DNA of 56,938 bases from an uncultured Nitrosomonas sp. (GCA_964421895.1 CAYQZF010000001.1:1-56938); one strand, 5' to 3'. Counted from the stretch's first letter, positions 9,599 through 21,313 are shown. Notes: generated by a model from the letters alone, not told the origin. Translations and numbers: made by a program.

Positions 9599-10648
9599 AT
9601 GACTAATATCTCCGCGACACTAGCCAACGAAAGCGAGCAACTGCTCAACCACGTTTGTAAAACCATACCAAAACAAAGCTTACAGTTACCCGGTGCCGAT
9701 TTTGTCGATCGCGTCATGGCTTTGAGCAACCGCAAACCTCACGTGCTGCGCAATCTGCAGGCATTCTTCAATCAGGGACGTTTGGCGGGCACTGGTTATC
9801 TGTCCCTTCTTCCAGTCGATCAGGGCGTAGAACATTCCGCCGGTGCATCATTCGCCCCAAATCCGATGTTTTTTGATCCCAAGCATATCGTCGAGCTAGC
9901 GATCGAAGGCGGTTGTAATGGTGTTGCATCCACGCTGGGTGTGCTGGGAATCGTAGCGCGCCAGTATGCGCACAAAATCCCGATGATTCTTAAAATCAAT
10001 CACAATGAACTGCTGACATATCCTAATAAATACGATCAGACATTGTTTGCCAGCATCAAACAGGCGTTCGATATGGGAGCCTGTGCGGTCGGCGCCACTG
10101 TTTTTTTCGGCTCGGAAGAATCCCGCCGCCAGATCCAGGAAGTCTCAGTTGCCTTTGAACATGCGCATAATTTGGGCATGGTTACCATTTTGTGGGCTTA
10201 TACCCGCAACACCGCGTTCAAGACCGCTGAACAGGATTATCACGTCAGCGCTGATCTAACAGGTCAAGCGAATCATCTGGCGGTAACCATCGGAGCCGAT
10301 ATCGTCAAACAAAAAATGGCAACCAATAATGGTGGATACAACGCGATCAAATTCGGTAAAACACACCCTAAAGTTTATAGCGAATTGACCACGGAGCATC
10401 CGATTGATCTGGTGCGCTATCAAGTAGCCAATTGTTATATGGGGCGGATCGGCATGATCAATTCAGGCGGAGAATCCGGTAGCGATGATTTACACCAGGC
10501 GATTCGTACCGCCGTCATTAACAAACGGGCCGGCGGCATGGGATTGATTTCCGGACGCAAAGCATTTCAGAAACCATTCGCCGAAGGCGTCAAACTGCTA
10601 CATTCCATCCAAGACGTTTATTTGTCCGATGAAGTAACCATTGCATAA
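9599..10648 (+). CDS. fbaB: Class I fructose-bisphosphate aldolase (DhnA/FbaB type)
   Basis: [33 protein letters not shown] Schiff-base Lys, [10 protein letters not shown]; AAGGAG RBS. Confidence 0.95.
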   Translation: MTNISATLANESEQLLNHVCKTIPKQSLQLPGADFVDRVMALSNRKPHVLRNLQAFFNQGRLAGTGYLSLLPVDQGVEHSAGASFAPNPMFFDPKHIVELAIEGGCNGVASTLGVLGIVARQYAHKIPMILKINHNELLTYPNKYDQTLFASIKQAFDMGACAVGATVFFGSEESRRQIQEVSVAFEHAHNLGMVTILWAYTRNTAFKTAEQDYHVSADLTGQANHLAVTIGADIVKQKMATNNGGYNAIKFGKTHPKVYSELTTEHPIDLVRYQVANCYMGRIGMINSGGESGSDDLHQAIRTAVINKRAGGMGLISGRKAFQKPFAEGVKLLHSIQDVYLSDEVTIA

Positions 10649-10714
10649 GAAAACTTAGGAAAACTACCCTATCCTGCCGGATTCATGAAGAACGCGGCCG
10701 GATGAAAGGATAAC

Positions 10715-11389
10715 TTATTTACCGGATGCTTTAATCGCATCGAGATTGTCGCGAGCTTCCTGATTTCCCTGTGCAGCCGCTTTTTCAAACCACTCGATCG
10801 CTTTCTTCTCGTCTCTGGCCATACCTTCACCGGTAAAATACATGGCACCGAGATTGTTTTGCGCATCGACATGGCCTTGCTCGGCAGCTTTCTTGAATAA
10901 TTCCGCCGCCTGCTCCATGTCTTGCAGGACACCTTCGCCGTTTGCGTACATCAACCCTAAATTAAACTGCGCATCGGCATAACCTTGCTCGGCGGCCCGG
11001 TAAAACCACCCGGCGGCCAGCTCAGGATCGTTATCCAACACTTTGCCGGATAAGTTTTTTGATACCGCTTCACCGGTGTAGTACATCACACCCAAACTAT
11101 TCTGCGCCGCCGGATCCCCTGCTTTCGCATCGGCCATCAATGCCTTAAATTTCTCTTCGGCGGCTTTCACATCGCCAAAACCTCCGGGTATGATTTGTTC
11201 TTTTAATTCCGCTTTTTCTTCCTCTGACAAACCTTCGCTCATAAACGACGGAATCTCACCCAGCTTGGTGATTTCGTTCATAGGAGCAGGTATTGAGTTT
11301 GCCGCTGATTTATCACTTCCCTGTTCACCGCCACAGCCGGTCAGTACTGCAATCGCCGCAGCAAGCATTAAAACAGCCAAAACATTCAT
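10715..11389 (-). CDS. Sel1-repeat lipoprotein
   Basis: Lipobox LTGC; repeats AQNSLGVMYYTG, AQFNLGLMYANGEGV, AQNNLGAMYFTGEG with W-F-x-KAA-x-QG. Confidence 0.9.
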   Translation of the reverse strand: MNVLAVLMLAAAIAVLTGCGGEQGSDKSAANSIPAPMNEITKLGEIPSFMSEGLSEEEKAELKEQIIPGGFGDVKAAEEKFKALMADAKAGDPAAQNSLGVMYYTGEAVSKNLSGKVLDNDPELAAGWFYRAAEQGYADAQFNLGLMYANGEGVLQDMEQAAELFKKAAEQGHVDAQNNLGAMYFTGEGMARDEKKAIEWFEKAAAQGNQEARDNLDAIKASGK

Positions 11390-11469
11390 CTAGAATTTCC
11401 TCTATTCATTGGATTATAACGAAAACAGTGCATTTTCAAATCTGGCCTGACAGCAAGATAGCATAGTTG

Positions 11470-12219
11470 CTATTTGGCGCCCGCCTTTATCAATAATTCA
11501 ATCACTTCCTTATGATGATAAAGTTTGGCCAAAGTCAATGCAGTTGCGCCATTGCTGGCTTTCAGATTGGGATTGGCATTTGCCGCCAGCAAGGTATGAA
11601 CCGCTCCTAAATGGCCAAGTTGTGCTGCCAGCATCAGAGCTGTCGCACCATTTTCCAATTGATAATTGACATCGGCGCCAGCATTGATCAGTGTCTGAAT
11701 GACTTGCCGATGCCCTTGCTGTGCAGCGAGCGTCAGCGCTGTCATACTGTCGGCGCGTTTTGCACTCACCTCGGCCTTTGCCGCCAGCAAGAGATCGATG
11801 ACTTTCCTGCGGTCTTTCTCGGCGGCCAGCATTAAAGCCGTGCCATCCTCCTCGGCCGCGGCATTCACATCGGCACCGGCGGCCAGCAAAATTTCCACTG
11901 CCCGATCGCGGCCATCGCGGGCCGATCGCATAAGCGGGGTATAGTGATCATCTGCTCTTAAATTGACATCCACGCCTGCTTGCAGAAAGCGCTCGACAGC
12001 AGCGGCGTGGCCTTTTTTTACCGCAGCCAGAAAAGCGGTGTTCAGCTCCTCCTGATCAATGCGTTGCGTATCCAGTATTTTTTTGACCAAAGAAATATTG
12101 CCTTTGTCCGCGGCGTTGATCAATTCGCTGCCGGTATTCGTTGACCAGACTTCAGTGGAAACAATAGAAAGTAAAAATACGATCCATCCTGCAAGTGTAT
12201 TTTCTAACAATCTCGTCAT
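11470..12219 (-). CDS. Exported ankyrin-repeat protein
   Basis: Signal-peptide-like N-terminus; several G/T-x-TALMLAA...G...V..LL.AGADVN repeats. Confidence 0.9.
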   Translation of the reverse strand: MTRLLENTLAGWIVFLLSIVSTEVWSTNTGSELINAADKGNISLVKKILDTQRIDQEELNTAFLAAVKKGHAAAVERFLQAGVDVNLRADDHYTPLMRSARDGRDRAVEILLAAGADVNAAAEEDGTALMLAAEKDRRKVIDLLLAAKAEVSAKRADSMTALTLAAQQGHRQVIQTLINAGADVNYQLENGATALMLAAQLGHLGAVHTLLAANANPNLKASNGATALTLAKLYHHKEVIELLIKAGAK

Positions 12220-12536
12220 GCAAAATTCCTTCCTAATCTTTTATTCACACAGAACATTTTCAAATTATTACTGCAACATCGCTAGAAATGCAGCCTGACA
12301 ATAAACAATGCGGATTATACCGTTTAAGCCGCGATCTTGCCCGCGCATTGCAGCACACTCATCCAACCGCACATTCCATGACATGTTGCAATATGCTATT
12401 CTCCTCCCCTGTTCAATTCTCATGAAAGCAGGATCAAAATCGCAATGCTAGGGTTGCCGCCGGAATTTTCCGGCACAATCATTCATCCGGTTTATCAATC
12501 ACAAATCGATATCCTGAACAAATTTCAAGCATTCAT

Positions 12537-13709
12537 ATGATCAGCGCGCATTACGATATTGCCATCATTGGCGGCGGACCGGTGGGCATGGCTTTGGCAC
12601 TGGCGTTGCAGGATACCGGTATTTCAAGTTTGCTGCTGGAAGCACGCGGTTTGCCGGAAAAAGACGAGGATCCGCGCCCGCTGGCATTATCCTACGGCAG
12701 TCACTTAATCCTGCACCGTTTGGGTGTATGGAGCGGACTGACGAAAAAAACACCGATCACGACGATTCATATTTCCAATCGCGGCAGCCTCGGTCAAACT
12801 GTTCTAACACCACAAGATGCTGGTGTTCCCACGTTGGGATTCGTCGTCAATTTTCACGATCTATTCCGCTCAATGCATCAGCGCTTAACGGCGAGCACAT
12901 CGGGTTACATGGCCGGCGCAATCGTCACCGGATTGGATACTGCGGAAAATTCGGGCACAGTGCATTTCAATTATCAAAACGAAGCGCAAAAAGTGACCGC
13001 CAAACTGATCGTGCTCGCGGATGGCGGCAAACTGGCGCAGCAATTACCCGATGTCGCCTATCAATCGCATGACTATCACCAATTCGCTGTGGTCGGCAAT
13101 GTCAAGGCGGAGAAAAAACAGAGCGGGATCGCCTACGAACGCTTTACTGCCGATGGGCCAATCGCACTGCTGCCGAACGAAGAGGATTTCGCGCTGGTGT
13201 GGACAGTAAGCCCTGAAGCAATCGATGAAATCATCACCCTAAACGAATCCGATTTTCTGGTTAGGCTGCATCGCCATTTCGGCGACCGGCTTGGAGAATT
13301 TATGCACGTTGGAAAAAGATCGGCATTCCCATTAACATTGAAATATGCTTTGAACGTTACGGCACAAAGAGTCGCGCTCATCGGAAATGCAGCGCAAACC
13401 TTGCATCCCGTTGCCGGACAAGGATTTAACCTGGGTCTGAGGGATGCTTATGAATTAGCACAAGAAGCGATCGAGGCGCAAAACTCATCACGAGAAATCG
13501 GTGCTTCGGCGATGCTGTCGAATTACCGTCAAAAAAGACAAATCGACAGCAGAGGCGGCCGTTTTTTTACCGATTCGCTCATCAAACTGTTTTCCAACGA
13601 CAATGCGCTCCTCAAACATGCTTGCGGAATCGGATTGATCGCATTGAATTGCACGCCGCCGCTGAAACGGTTTGTCGCCCGCCGCATGATCTTTGGCGCA
13701 CGCGGATAG
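12537..13709 (+). CDS. ubiH: UbiH/UbiF-family FAD-dependent monooxygenase (2-octaprenyl-6-methoxyphenol hydroxylase-like)
   Basis: GGGPVG, ADGG, AYERFT..GPIALLP, GNAAQTLHPVAGQGFNLGLRD. Confidence 0.85.
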   Translation: MISAHYDIAIIGGGPVGMALALALQDTGISSLLLEARGLPEKDEDPRPLALSYGSHLILHRLGVWSGLTKKTPITTIHISNRGSLGQTVLTPQDAGVPTLGFVVNFHDLFRSMHQRLTASTSGYMAGAIVTGLDTAENSGTVHFNYQNEAQKVTAKLIVLADGGKLAQQLPDVAYQSHDYHQFAVVGNVKAEKKQSGIAYERFTADGPIALLPNEEDFALVWTVSPEAIDEIITLNESDFLVRLHRHFGDRLGEFMHVGKRSAFPLTLKYALNVTAQRVALIGNAAQTLHPVAGQGFNLGLRDAYELAQEAIEAQNSSREIGASAMLSNYRQKRQIDSRGGRFFTDSLIKLFSNDNALLKHACGIGLIALNCTPPLKRFVARRMIFGARG

Positions 13710-13878
13710 TCCGTTTTCGTATCTCACCTCTATCAGCCTGACGAAACAAAAGTTATAATTCACCCTTTGTGCACTGTGAGAATCTTATATGAATATTCAC
13801 TTGCTGCAGCTAAAATTCCCAACATCCCGATTAATCGCTCCCCAGGGTAGCTGACTTCACTTATTCACTGCGCTTAAC

Positions 13879-14883
13879 ATGCAAATCGGCACACACATTT
13901 TGAAAAATAAACTAATTGTCGCTCCCATGGCGGGTGTTACCGACCGGCCATTCAGGCAATTATGCAAAACGATGGGGGCAGGCATGGCGGTTTCCGAAAT
14001 GGTGTCCAGTAATTCGCTATTGTGGGGTTCAAAAAAAACACAGCGCCGCGCGAATCATGACGGTGAAGTTTCACCGGTTTCCGTGCAAATTGCCGGCGCC
14101 GATCCGCAAATGCTGGCAGCCGCTGCGCGCTACAATGTCGACAATGGCGCTCAAATTATCGACATCAATATGGGCTGTCCGGCCAAAAAAATCTGCAACG
14201 TCATGGCCGGTTCCGCACTATTGCAAGATGAGCAATTAGTGGGAAAAATTCTGGATGCAGTGGTCAAGGCCGTGGACATTCCAGTGACACTCAAGATCCG
14301 CACCGGCTGGGATAAACAACACAAAAACGCGCTCTCCATTGCGCATATTGCCGAAAACTCAGGTATCCAAGCGCTCGCAATTCACGGCCGCACACGCGCT
14401 TGCGCTTACACCGGCACTGCAGAATACGACACCATCGCAGCGGTTAAAGCTGCGATCAAGATTCCTGTCATTGCCAACGGTGATATCACGACACCGGAAA
14501 AAGCAAGTCATATTCTTGATTACACGAAAGCGGACGCGATCATGATCGGCCGCGCCGCGCAAGGCAGACCGTGGATCTTCCGCGAAATCAATCACTACCT
14601 TGCAACTGGCGAACATTTGCCGGCGCCCGAGGTATATGAAATCCACCGGGTACTCATTAATCATTTACATGACTTATACGAATTTTACGGTGAATACTCA
14701 GGCGTGCGTATCGCACGTAAGCATATTTCCTGGTATACCAAAGGACTTGTTGGTTCCGCCAGCTTTCGTCAGTCAATGAACCAACTGCAAACCAGTGATC
14801 AGCAAATTCTGGAAACCAATAATTTTTTTTCCACGTTAGCTGAAAAAGGTCAACGATTGAGTTATATCAAAGAAGGGGAGTAG
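13879..14883 (+). CDS. dusB: tRNA dihydrouridine synthase DusB
   Basis: APMAGVTD, DINMGCP, IHGRTR, ANGDI; upstream of fis as in the conserved operon. Confidence 0.95.
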   Translation: MQIGTHILKNKLIVAPMAGVTDRPFRQLCKTMGAGMAVSEMVSSNSLLWGSKKTQRRANHDGEVSPVSVQIAGADPQMLAAAARYNVDNGAQIIDINMGCPAKKICNVMAGSALLQDEQLVGKILDAVVKAVDIPVTLKIRTGWDKQHKNALSIAHIAENSGIQALAIHGRTRACAYTGTAEYDTIAAVKAAIKIPVIANGDITTPEKASHILDYTKADAIMIGRAAQGRPWIFREINHYLATGEHLPAPEVYEIHRVLINHLHDLYEFYGEYSGVRIARKHISWYTKGLVGSASFRQSMNQLQTSDQQILETNNFFSTLAEKGQRLSYIKEGE

Positions 14884-14890
14884 CTAGTTT

Positions 14891-15133
14891 ATGAATGCAA
14901 TCAAGGAAAATGAAATTGCATCGTGTATACGCAAAGCCATAAACGGATATCTCAATGACCTGGATGGGGAAAAACCATGTCATATTTACAATATGGTCAT
15001 GCATAGCGTCGAGAAACCTTTGATTGAAATCGCCATGCAACATACCAAAGGAAATCAAACGCAAGCAGCTGATTTGCTGGGTATAAACAGGAATACATTA
15101 CGTCAAAAAATGAAACAATATCAAATTAAATGA
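14891..15133 (+). CDS. fis: Fis family DNA-binding protein
   Basis: VEKPL...[21 protein letters not shown]; dusB-fis-purH context. Confidence 0.92.
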   Translation: MNAIKENEIASCIRKAINGYLNDLDGEKPCHIYNMVMHSVEKPLIEIAMQHTKGNQTQAADLLGINRNTLRQKMKQYQIK

Positions 15134-16689
15134 CCATTAAACAAGCCCTCATCAGTGTCTCGGATAAAACCGGAATCGTAGAATTAGCAAAGGAATTGAT
15201 TCGGCACAATATCACCATCTTGTCCACGGGCGGTACCGCCAAGTTGCTGCAGGAGACGGGAATCCCCGTTATCGAGGTAGGTGACTATACGGGTTTTCCG
15301 GAGATGCTGGATGGCCGGGTCAAAACGTTGCACCCCAAAATCCATGCCGGCATACTCGCGCGCCATGATTTGCCCGATCACCAGCACGCACTGGAACAAG
15401 TATCAATTGCCAACATCGAACTGGTGATCGTCAATCTCTATCCATTCAAGCAAACCGTTGCAAAACCGGATTGCAGCTTCGATGACGCGATTGAGAATAT
15501 CGACATCGGCGGGCCGACGATGGTGCGCGCAGCTGCCAAAAATTACCGTAAAGTCGCCATCGTCACGGACCCGCAAGACTACTCCCAACTCAGCCGGGAA
15601 TTGGCGGAAAATCATGGCGCCGTCAGCTTAGCCACACGCTTTAAACTGGCGCAGAAAGCTTTTACCCATACGGCTTCGTACGACAGCGCCATCAGCAACT
15701 ATTTGACTGCATTGGATAGCGATTTTCAGCACAAGGATTTTCCCGATTCTCTGAATCTGAACTTCACCCTTTCGCAACCATTGCGTTACGGTGAAAACCC
15801 GCATCAAAAAGCCGCTTTCTATCGCGACGAAACCATCACACCCGGTAGTCTGGCGAATTACCAGCAATTACAAGGTAAAGAGCTATCCTACAATAATATT
15901 GCGGACACCGACGCCGCTTGGGAATGCGTAAAAACTTTTGACAGCCCGGCATGCGTCATCGTCAAGCATGCCAACCCTTGTGGCATTGCTGTTGCGGAAA
16001 CTGTGTTACGCGCTTATCAGTTGGCATTCGCAACCGACCCAACCTCGGCGTTTGGCGGCATCATCGCTTTTAATCGCGCCGTCAATAAAGACACAGCCGA
16101 TGCCGTCTTAAAACAATTCGTCGAGGTCATTATTGCACCGGAAATCACACCGGAAGCACAACAGCTTTTAGCGCAAAAAAACAATATCCGGGTTTTATTG
16201 GTACCCTTACAAACCGGGCACAATGTCTATGATCTAAAACGCGTCGGTGGTGGTCTTCTGGTACAAACGCCTGATACTCAAAACATCGCCGCTGCCGATT
16301 TAAAAATCGTCACGCAATTAAAACCCTCACCGCAGCAATTGGATGATCTATTATTTGCCTGGCGAGCTGCGAAATTTGTTAAATCGAATGCGATCGTATT
16401 TTGCCGTAACGGCCAGACCATCGGTATCGGTGCCGGGCAAATGAGCCGTGTCGATAGCGCGCGCATCGCATCCATCAAAGCACAGCAAGCTGGTCTCACA
16501 CTGGCACAATCGGTTGTGGCATCGGATGCCTTTTTCCCTTTCCGGGATGGATTGGATGTCGTTGTTGAGGCGGGCGCGACCGCGATCATTCAGCCTGGCG
16601 GCAGCATCCGCGACCAAGAAGTGATTGCAGCGGCGGATGAACACGGTGTAACCATGGCTTTCACCGGCATTCGTCATTTCCGTCATTAA
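15130..16689 (+). CDS. purH: Bifunctional AICAR formyltransferase/IMP cyclohydrolase
   Basis: [45 protein letters not shown]. Confidence 0.97.
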   Translation: MTIKQALISVSDKTGIVELAKELIRHNITILSTGGTAKLLQETGIPVIEVGDYTGFPEMLDGRVKTLHPKIHAGILARHDLPDHQHALEQVSIANIELVIVNLYPFKQTVAKPDCSFDDAIENIDIGGPTMVRAAAKNYRKVAIVTDPQDYSQLSRELAENHGAVSLATRFKLAQKAFTHTASYDSAISNYLTALDSDFQHKDFPDSLNLNFTLSQPLRYGENPHQKAAFYRDETITPGSLANYQQLQGKELSYNNIADTDAAWECVKTFDSPACVIVKHANPCGIAVAETVLRAYQLAFATDPTSAFGGIIAFNRAVNKDTADAVLKQFVEVIIAPEITPEAQQLLAQKNNIRVLLVPLQTGHNVYDLKRVGGGLLVQTPDTQNIAAADLKIVTQLKPSPQQLDDLLFAWRAAKFVKSNAIVFCRNGQTIGIGAGQMSRVDSARIASIKAQQAGLTLAQSVVASDAFFPFRDGLDVVVEAGATAIIQPGGSIRDQEVIAAADEHGVTMAFTGIRHFRH

Positions 16690-16703
16690 ATGATCGTATC
16701 ATC

Positions 16704-18002
16704 ATGAAACTATTAGTGGTCGGCGGTGGCGGCAGAGAGCATGCCTTAGCGTGGAAATTAAGCTTGTCGCCACGCGTGCATAAAGTATTTGTGGCACCTG
16801 GCAATGCCGGAACTGCGTTAGAACCAGGATTGCAAAATATCGCCATTACAGCGATTCCTGACTTAATCGAATTCGCAAAAAAAGAATCGATTGCAATCAC
16901 CATAGTCGGCCCGGAGATTCCACTGGCTACCGGTATCGTGGATGCATTCCAAGCTGCCGGTCTAAAAATCTTTGGCCCAACTCAGCAAGCCGCTCAGCTT
17001 GAAACATCAAAGATCTTTGCCAAGGAATTTATGCAGCGGCATCATATACCGACCGCTGCTTATGCGAGATTCACAGATCCTGAGTCGGCGCACGCCTATG
17101 TTGAGCAACACCCTGCCCCGCTCGTCATCAAAGCCGATGGTCTGGCAGCCGGAAAAGGTGTTGTCGTCGCGCAATCGCAAGAAGAAGCGCATTCTGCTGT
17201 GAACGCACTATTAGTGGATAAAAATCTCGGTGACGCCGGAAGCGAAATCATTATTGAAGAATTTCTTCAAGGCATTGAAGTCAGTTTTATCATTATGACC
17301 GATGGGAATCATATCCTTCCGTTGGCAACCAGCCAGGATCATAAACGGCTTTACGATGGTGATCAGGGTCCCAATACGGGTGGAATGGGCGCCTACTCGC
17401 CGGTCTCTTTTGTTTCTCCCAGTCTGCAAGCGCAAATCATGCACTCTATTATCAATCCGGTCATCAATGGATTGAAACAAGATGGTATCCGCTATACCGG
17501 ATTTCTTTATGCTGGCCTAATGATCACCGCACAAGATCAAGCGAAAGTATTGGAATTTAACTGCCGCTTAGGCGATCCGGAAACACAACCGATTATGCTA
17601 CGCTTAAAAAGCGATCTTTTGCCTCTTGTTGAACATGCAATTGATGGCACACTCAATGAAGCAGATGCCGAATGGGATCCTCGTACCGCTCTTGGTGTTG
17701 TTATGGCGGCACAAGGTTATCCGGAAAATCCGAAAAAGAACGATGTAATTTACGGTTTACAGGATTTGGTTGCCGAACAAGGAAGTACCGGTGATTTTCA
17801 TATTTTCCATGCCGGTACTTCGATGGGAGGAAAAAATGGCGATGAAATTGTAACAGCAGGCGGACGTATTTTATGCATCACTTCACTTGGTGAGAATGTT
17901 AAAGCTGCTCAGCATCAGGCTTATAAAATCATCGAGAGAATTCGCTTCGACGGTTCACAGATCCGGCACGATATTGGCCATCAAGGTACGAATAATCACT
18001 GA
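16704..18002 (+). CDS. purD: Phosphoribosylamine--glycine ligase
   Basis: GGGGREHA, APGNAG, KADGLAAGKGV, QDHKR, GPNTGGMGAY, EFNCRLGDPE. Confidence 0.97.
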   Translation: MKLLVVGGGGREHALAWKLSLSPRVHKVFVAPGNAGTALEPGLQNIAITAIPDLIEFAKKESIAITIVGPEIPLATGIVDAFQAAGLKIFGPTQQAAQLETSKIFAKEFMQRHHIPTAAYARFTDPESAHAYVEQHPAPLVIKADGLAAGKGVVVAQSQEEAHSAVNALLVDKNLGDAGSEIIIEEFLQGIEVSFIIMTDGNHILPLATSQDHKRLYDGDQGPNTGGMGAYSPVSFVSPSLQAQIMHSIINPVINGLKQDGIRYTGFLYAGLMITAQDQAKVLEFNCRLGDPETQPIMLRLKSDLLPLVEHAIDGTLNEADAEWDPRTALGVVMAAQGYPENPKKNDVIYGLQDLVAEQGSTGDFHIFHAGTSMGGKNGDEIVTAGGRILCITSLGENVKAAQHQAYKIIERIRFDGSQIRHDIGHQGTNNH

Positions 18003-18103
18003 GCAACAATGAGCGTCGCAAACTCGCCTTATTATCGTATAGAAACTTCAATATAACGAGCTTGCTTCTATTCTGAAAGTTATATTTAAAACGTCTAAAA
18101 ACC

Positions 18104-19315
18104 TTAAATATAATTAAATAAAGATAATCCTGAAATCTTGATATAGGACTGTTGTGCAGCTTGAAGATATAGTTGTTGCCGCTGCATATCCGATGTTGCT
18201 TGAGCAAAGTCGACGTCTTGCAGTTGTGAAAGCATCTGTTCAAATTGAATATTTTGATCGCTACCCACATTTTCCAAAGTATCAATCTCTTGTAACCGCG
18301 CTCCGATAGAAGCCTCTTTCGAAAGCACATGCTCCAAGCCGTTATTAATATTTTGCAATGTCGATTTCAAATCGTTCGTCAGCCGAGTACCTCCAGGCTG
18401 CCCGCTTGATGGAGTTTCGAGCGTAGTGATCAGATCACCTATCGTTTTGAAAAGACTCTGATTACTGCTTGGAGACACTGTAAATTTGTCTCCATTAGCC
18501 GGATCTCCTTTGATACTCAATTGCACGCCATCAAAACTAATTGTATTGTTGCTGACATAAGGGTTAGCGGATGAAACAGGCGATCCTGTCGTGGTGTTAA
18601 CAATATCGTATGTTGTAACGCCGGCTGCAGACACAGCGAATCTAATCTCATAATCATCACCGGTAAGACTCGAAGGGGTAAGCACCGATCCAACGTCAAT
18701 AACACCAGAGCCTGTATTTGTCGAATTAGCAGCTGTTGCAAAAACACCGTTGCCATTTTTAATACGTTCGAAAATATCCGTACCGGAATCACTAACAGCC
18801 AATTGCCGCGCGGAGCCGACTTGATTCAGGCGTTGGCCTTGATCTCCAGCATACTGCACAGTTAATCCTGCCTGAGTAAAGGGTTTTGTATTTGCCTGAA
18901 ATCCTGAGAACAAAAATTGTCCTTTCTCATCAGTTGCGTTGGCTAAACCAACTAATGACTCTAATTTACTGCGCAATTCGGTAGCAAGCGTCTTTCTGTC
19001 GGCATCAGTCAGAGTCGCATTCCCAGCATAGACGGCTGAGCTATGGACATCTTGCATAATTTCGGTCACTTGTTTCAACACATTTTCTTCAAGTTGCAAT
19101 GAGGAGCCAGCGCTGGATCGATTCTCTGAATATTGCTTATTCAATGACGCCGCTTGGGAAATATTTAGGACTTGTGCAGCAGAAATCGGATCATCCGAAG
19201 GTGTTAAAATCCGTCGGCCAGTAGACAATTGCTGCTGCGTATTAATTAATTTCTCCTGCTGTTGAAGCATTAAATTCGTACCGGTTTCATAAATTGTGTT
19301 TGTACTAATGCGCAT
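18104..19315 (-). CDS. flgL: Flagellar hook-associated protein 3
   Basis: MRIST start (ATG at 19315), STGRRILTPSDDP, C-terminal SLFNYI. Confidence 0.93.
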   Translation of the reverse strand: MRISTNTIYETGTNLMLQQQEKLINTQQQLSTGRRILTPSDDPISAAQVLNISQAASLNKQYSENRSSAGSSLQLEENVLKQVTEIMQDVHSSAVYAGNATLTDADRKTLATELRSKLESLVGLANATDEKGQFLFSGFQANTKPFTQAGLTVQYAGDQGQRLNQVGSARQLAVSDSGTDIFERIKNGNGVFATAANSTNTGSGVIDVGSVLTPSSLTGDDYEIRFAVSAAGVTTYDIVNTTTGSPVSSANPYVSNNTISFDGVQLSIKGDPANGDKFTVSPSSNQSLFKTIGDLITTLETPSSGQPGGTRLTNDLKSTLQNINNGLEHVLSKEASIGARLQEIDTLENVGSDQNIQFEQMLSQLQDVDFAQATSDMQRQQLYLQAAQQSYIKISGLSLFNYI

Positions 19316-19337
19316 AATCTTAACCCCTAGTCTTTTT

Positions 19338-21248
19338 TCAGCTAAAACGAAGTACTGAATCAAACAAAGTATTGCTTATTTCGATAACTTTACTTGATGC
19401 TTGATAAGCCTGCTGATATCGCAATAAATTTGCAGCTTCTTCATCTAGATTGACACCAGACATGGATTGTATGTATTCATTGGTTTGTTCAAGCAGATTG
19501 GCTTGTGCCTTGCTGGTTACTTCCAACTCACGGGTTTTATTTCCAACTTGGCTAACAAGCTGCCCGTAAGCAGCCTGGTAATTGGCTGTCCCATTTACCA
19601 TTGTATTGGCCGTTTGTAATGTACCCAGTGACAAAATATTACGATTGTCAGCCACACCATTATTATTGGGTGTTACAGTAAAAATGTCACCTGCTGCGGG
19701 ATTACCGCTAATCTGAAATGTATAGCCATTAAAACTGATATCCGCACCTGACGTATACACCTGATTAGTTGCTGGTAAGCCGGAACCTGCTCCTGCTACA
19801 TCAAATTTTCCATTATAAGGTGATTGGAATGTGATGGTGAGCGGTTGCTGGAGATCAGGATTCAGTGGTAACGGATTTACCGTTCCTGCACTGATAGTAC
19901 CTGTTCCGGTATTGGTAGATGCGGCGCTAGTGCGGTTAGGTCCGGCTGCTGCTATTTTAGTTGCATCCTTAATATTTACCGCAATATCCTTCGCACCATT
20001 GATGGTGGGCTGAATCCGGAATCTCTCACTAGCCAGCATAGAAGCGCTTGTTACCGAAACACCATCCAGAGTTAGTGGAAACGCGCCTGACGATGTTGCC
20101 GATACATTATCGGATAACCGGGTCAGCTTATAATTTGTTCCATCGTACGAGAATTCATAGTCACTTGTTGTTAAGGCGCTATAATCACTAATTGCTGCTG
20201 TGATATTGGATGCAGCATTATTAGCTGACGCTGAAATCACCTTGGGCGGAGAAGGCGGAGTAAAGAAATCTGTACCCATATCTCCATTCAAATCCATGCC
20301 CAATTGATGCTGTGCATTGAAAGTCTGCGCCAGAGTTATCGCAATTCTGCCCAATGAATTTTGTGCATTATCCAGCGAAGTGCTACGAAAAGAGAGAAGA
20401 CCACCTAACGCCCCGCCCGTGATTTGGCTCTCAGGTAATTGAATCGTGCTATTCTTATTAATCAACCCGATTGTCAAATTATCTGAATTGTCTGATGATT
20501 TAATTGCTGCCAGAGAAAGTGCTTGTCCACCAACCACTAGTGCCTGTCCGTTACCAATATAAACATTCAATGTGCCGTCACTTTGTTTTATTGTCTCAGT
20601 ATTAACTAATTTATTAATTTGATTAATAAGTTCATCACGTTGATCCAGCATATCATTTGCAGGCTGCCCGCCGGCTGCGCCTTCAGCCCACATGATTTGC
20701 TGGTTTAACTCTCCAACTTGCTTAGCGATTGAATTAATTTGTGCAACTGTGCTCGTAATCTGAGTATTGACTCCATCCCGGATTTGCGACATACGCTGAT
20801 CCATACTATGAAAACGTGCAACAAGAGCATCTGCACTACTTAACATTGACTGTCGAGATGGAATAACAGCCGGATTTGATGCCACATCTTGTATGGCGCT
20901 GAAAAAACTCTGTAAGGTAGGAGAAAGCCCGGATGTAGTTTCAGCAAACATATTATCGAGCTGTTTTATCTCGGTGTAATTACTGTCCAACGACTGGCTT
21001 TGTGTTTGTACTTGCAGTGATTGACTAGTAAGAAATTGGTTATATACGCGTTGAACTGTGGCAGCATGAACTCCATTCCCAATATATCCGGCGGTTCCAC
21101 TGTATTGCGGTACATTTGTGCTTAACATCACCTGCTGGCGATTATAGCCAGGTGTATTTGCATTGCTAATATTATGACCGGTTGTCAATAATTGGTTCTG
21201 TGTGGCTGCTAAGCCAGAAAATCCGATATTAAGAATACTATTACTCAT
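19338..21248 (-). CDS. flgK: Flagellar hook-associated protein 1
   Basis: GHNISNANTPGYNRQ; SGVNLDEEAANLLRYQQAYQA. Confidence 0.95.
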   Translation of the reverse strand: MSNSILNIGFSGLAATQNQLLTTGHNISNANTPGYNRQQVMLSTNVPQYSGTAGYIGNGVHAATVQRVYNQFLTSQSLQVQTQSQSLDSNYTEIKQLDNMFAETTSGLSPTLQSFFSAIQDVASNPAVIPSRQSMLSSADALVARFHSMDQRMSQIRDGVNTQITSTVAQINSIAKQVGELNQQIMWAEGAAGGQPANDMLDQRDELINQINKLVNTETIKQSDGTLNVYIGNGQALVVGGQALSLAAIKSSDNSDNLTIGLINKNSTIQLPESQITGGALGGLLSFRSTSLDNAQNSLGRIAITLAQTFNAQHQLGMDLNGDMGTDFFTPPSPPKVISASANNAASNITAAISDYSALTTSDYEFSYDGTNYKLTRLSDNVSATSSGAFPLTLDGVSVTSASMLASERFRIQPTINGAKDIAVNIKDATKIAAAGPNRTSAASTNTGTGTISAGTVNPLPLNPDLQQPLTITFQSPYNGKFDVAGAGSGLPATNQVYTSGADISFNGYTFQISGNPAAGDIFTVTPNNNGVADNRNILSLGTLQTANTMVNGTANYQAAYGQLVSQVGNKTRELEVTSKAQANLLEQTNEYIQSMSGVNLDEEAANLLRYQQAYQASSKVIEISNTLFDSVLRFS

Positions 21249-21286
21249 ATGCTTTCTCAGTTTATGATTTTAAAAATATAGTGACA

Positions 21287-21313
21287 ATATCGGCAGAATA
21301 ATGAATGAGTTAA
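21287..21313 (-). promoter_or_regulatory. Sigma-28 (FliA) promoter for flgKL
   Basis: Minus strand reads TTAA-N15-GCCGATAT; the consensus is TAAA-N15-GCCGATAA. Lies in the flgJ-flgK gap. Confidence 0.65.

Noticed and set aside
10669-10712. Possible bidirectional terminator between fbaB and the Sel1 gene
   Set aside because: Only short interrupted complementarity (TATCCT/AGGATA); no convincing stem or U-tract.
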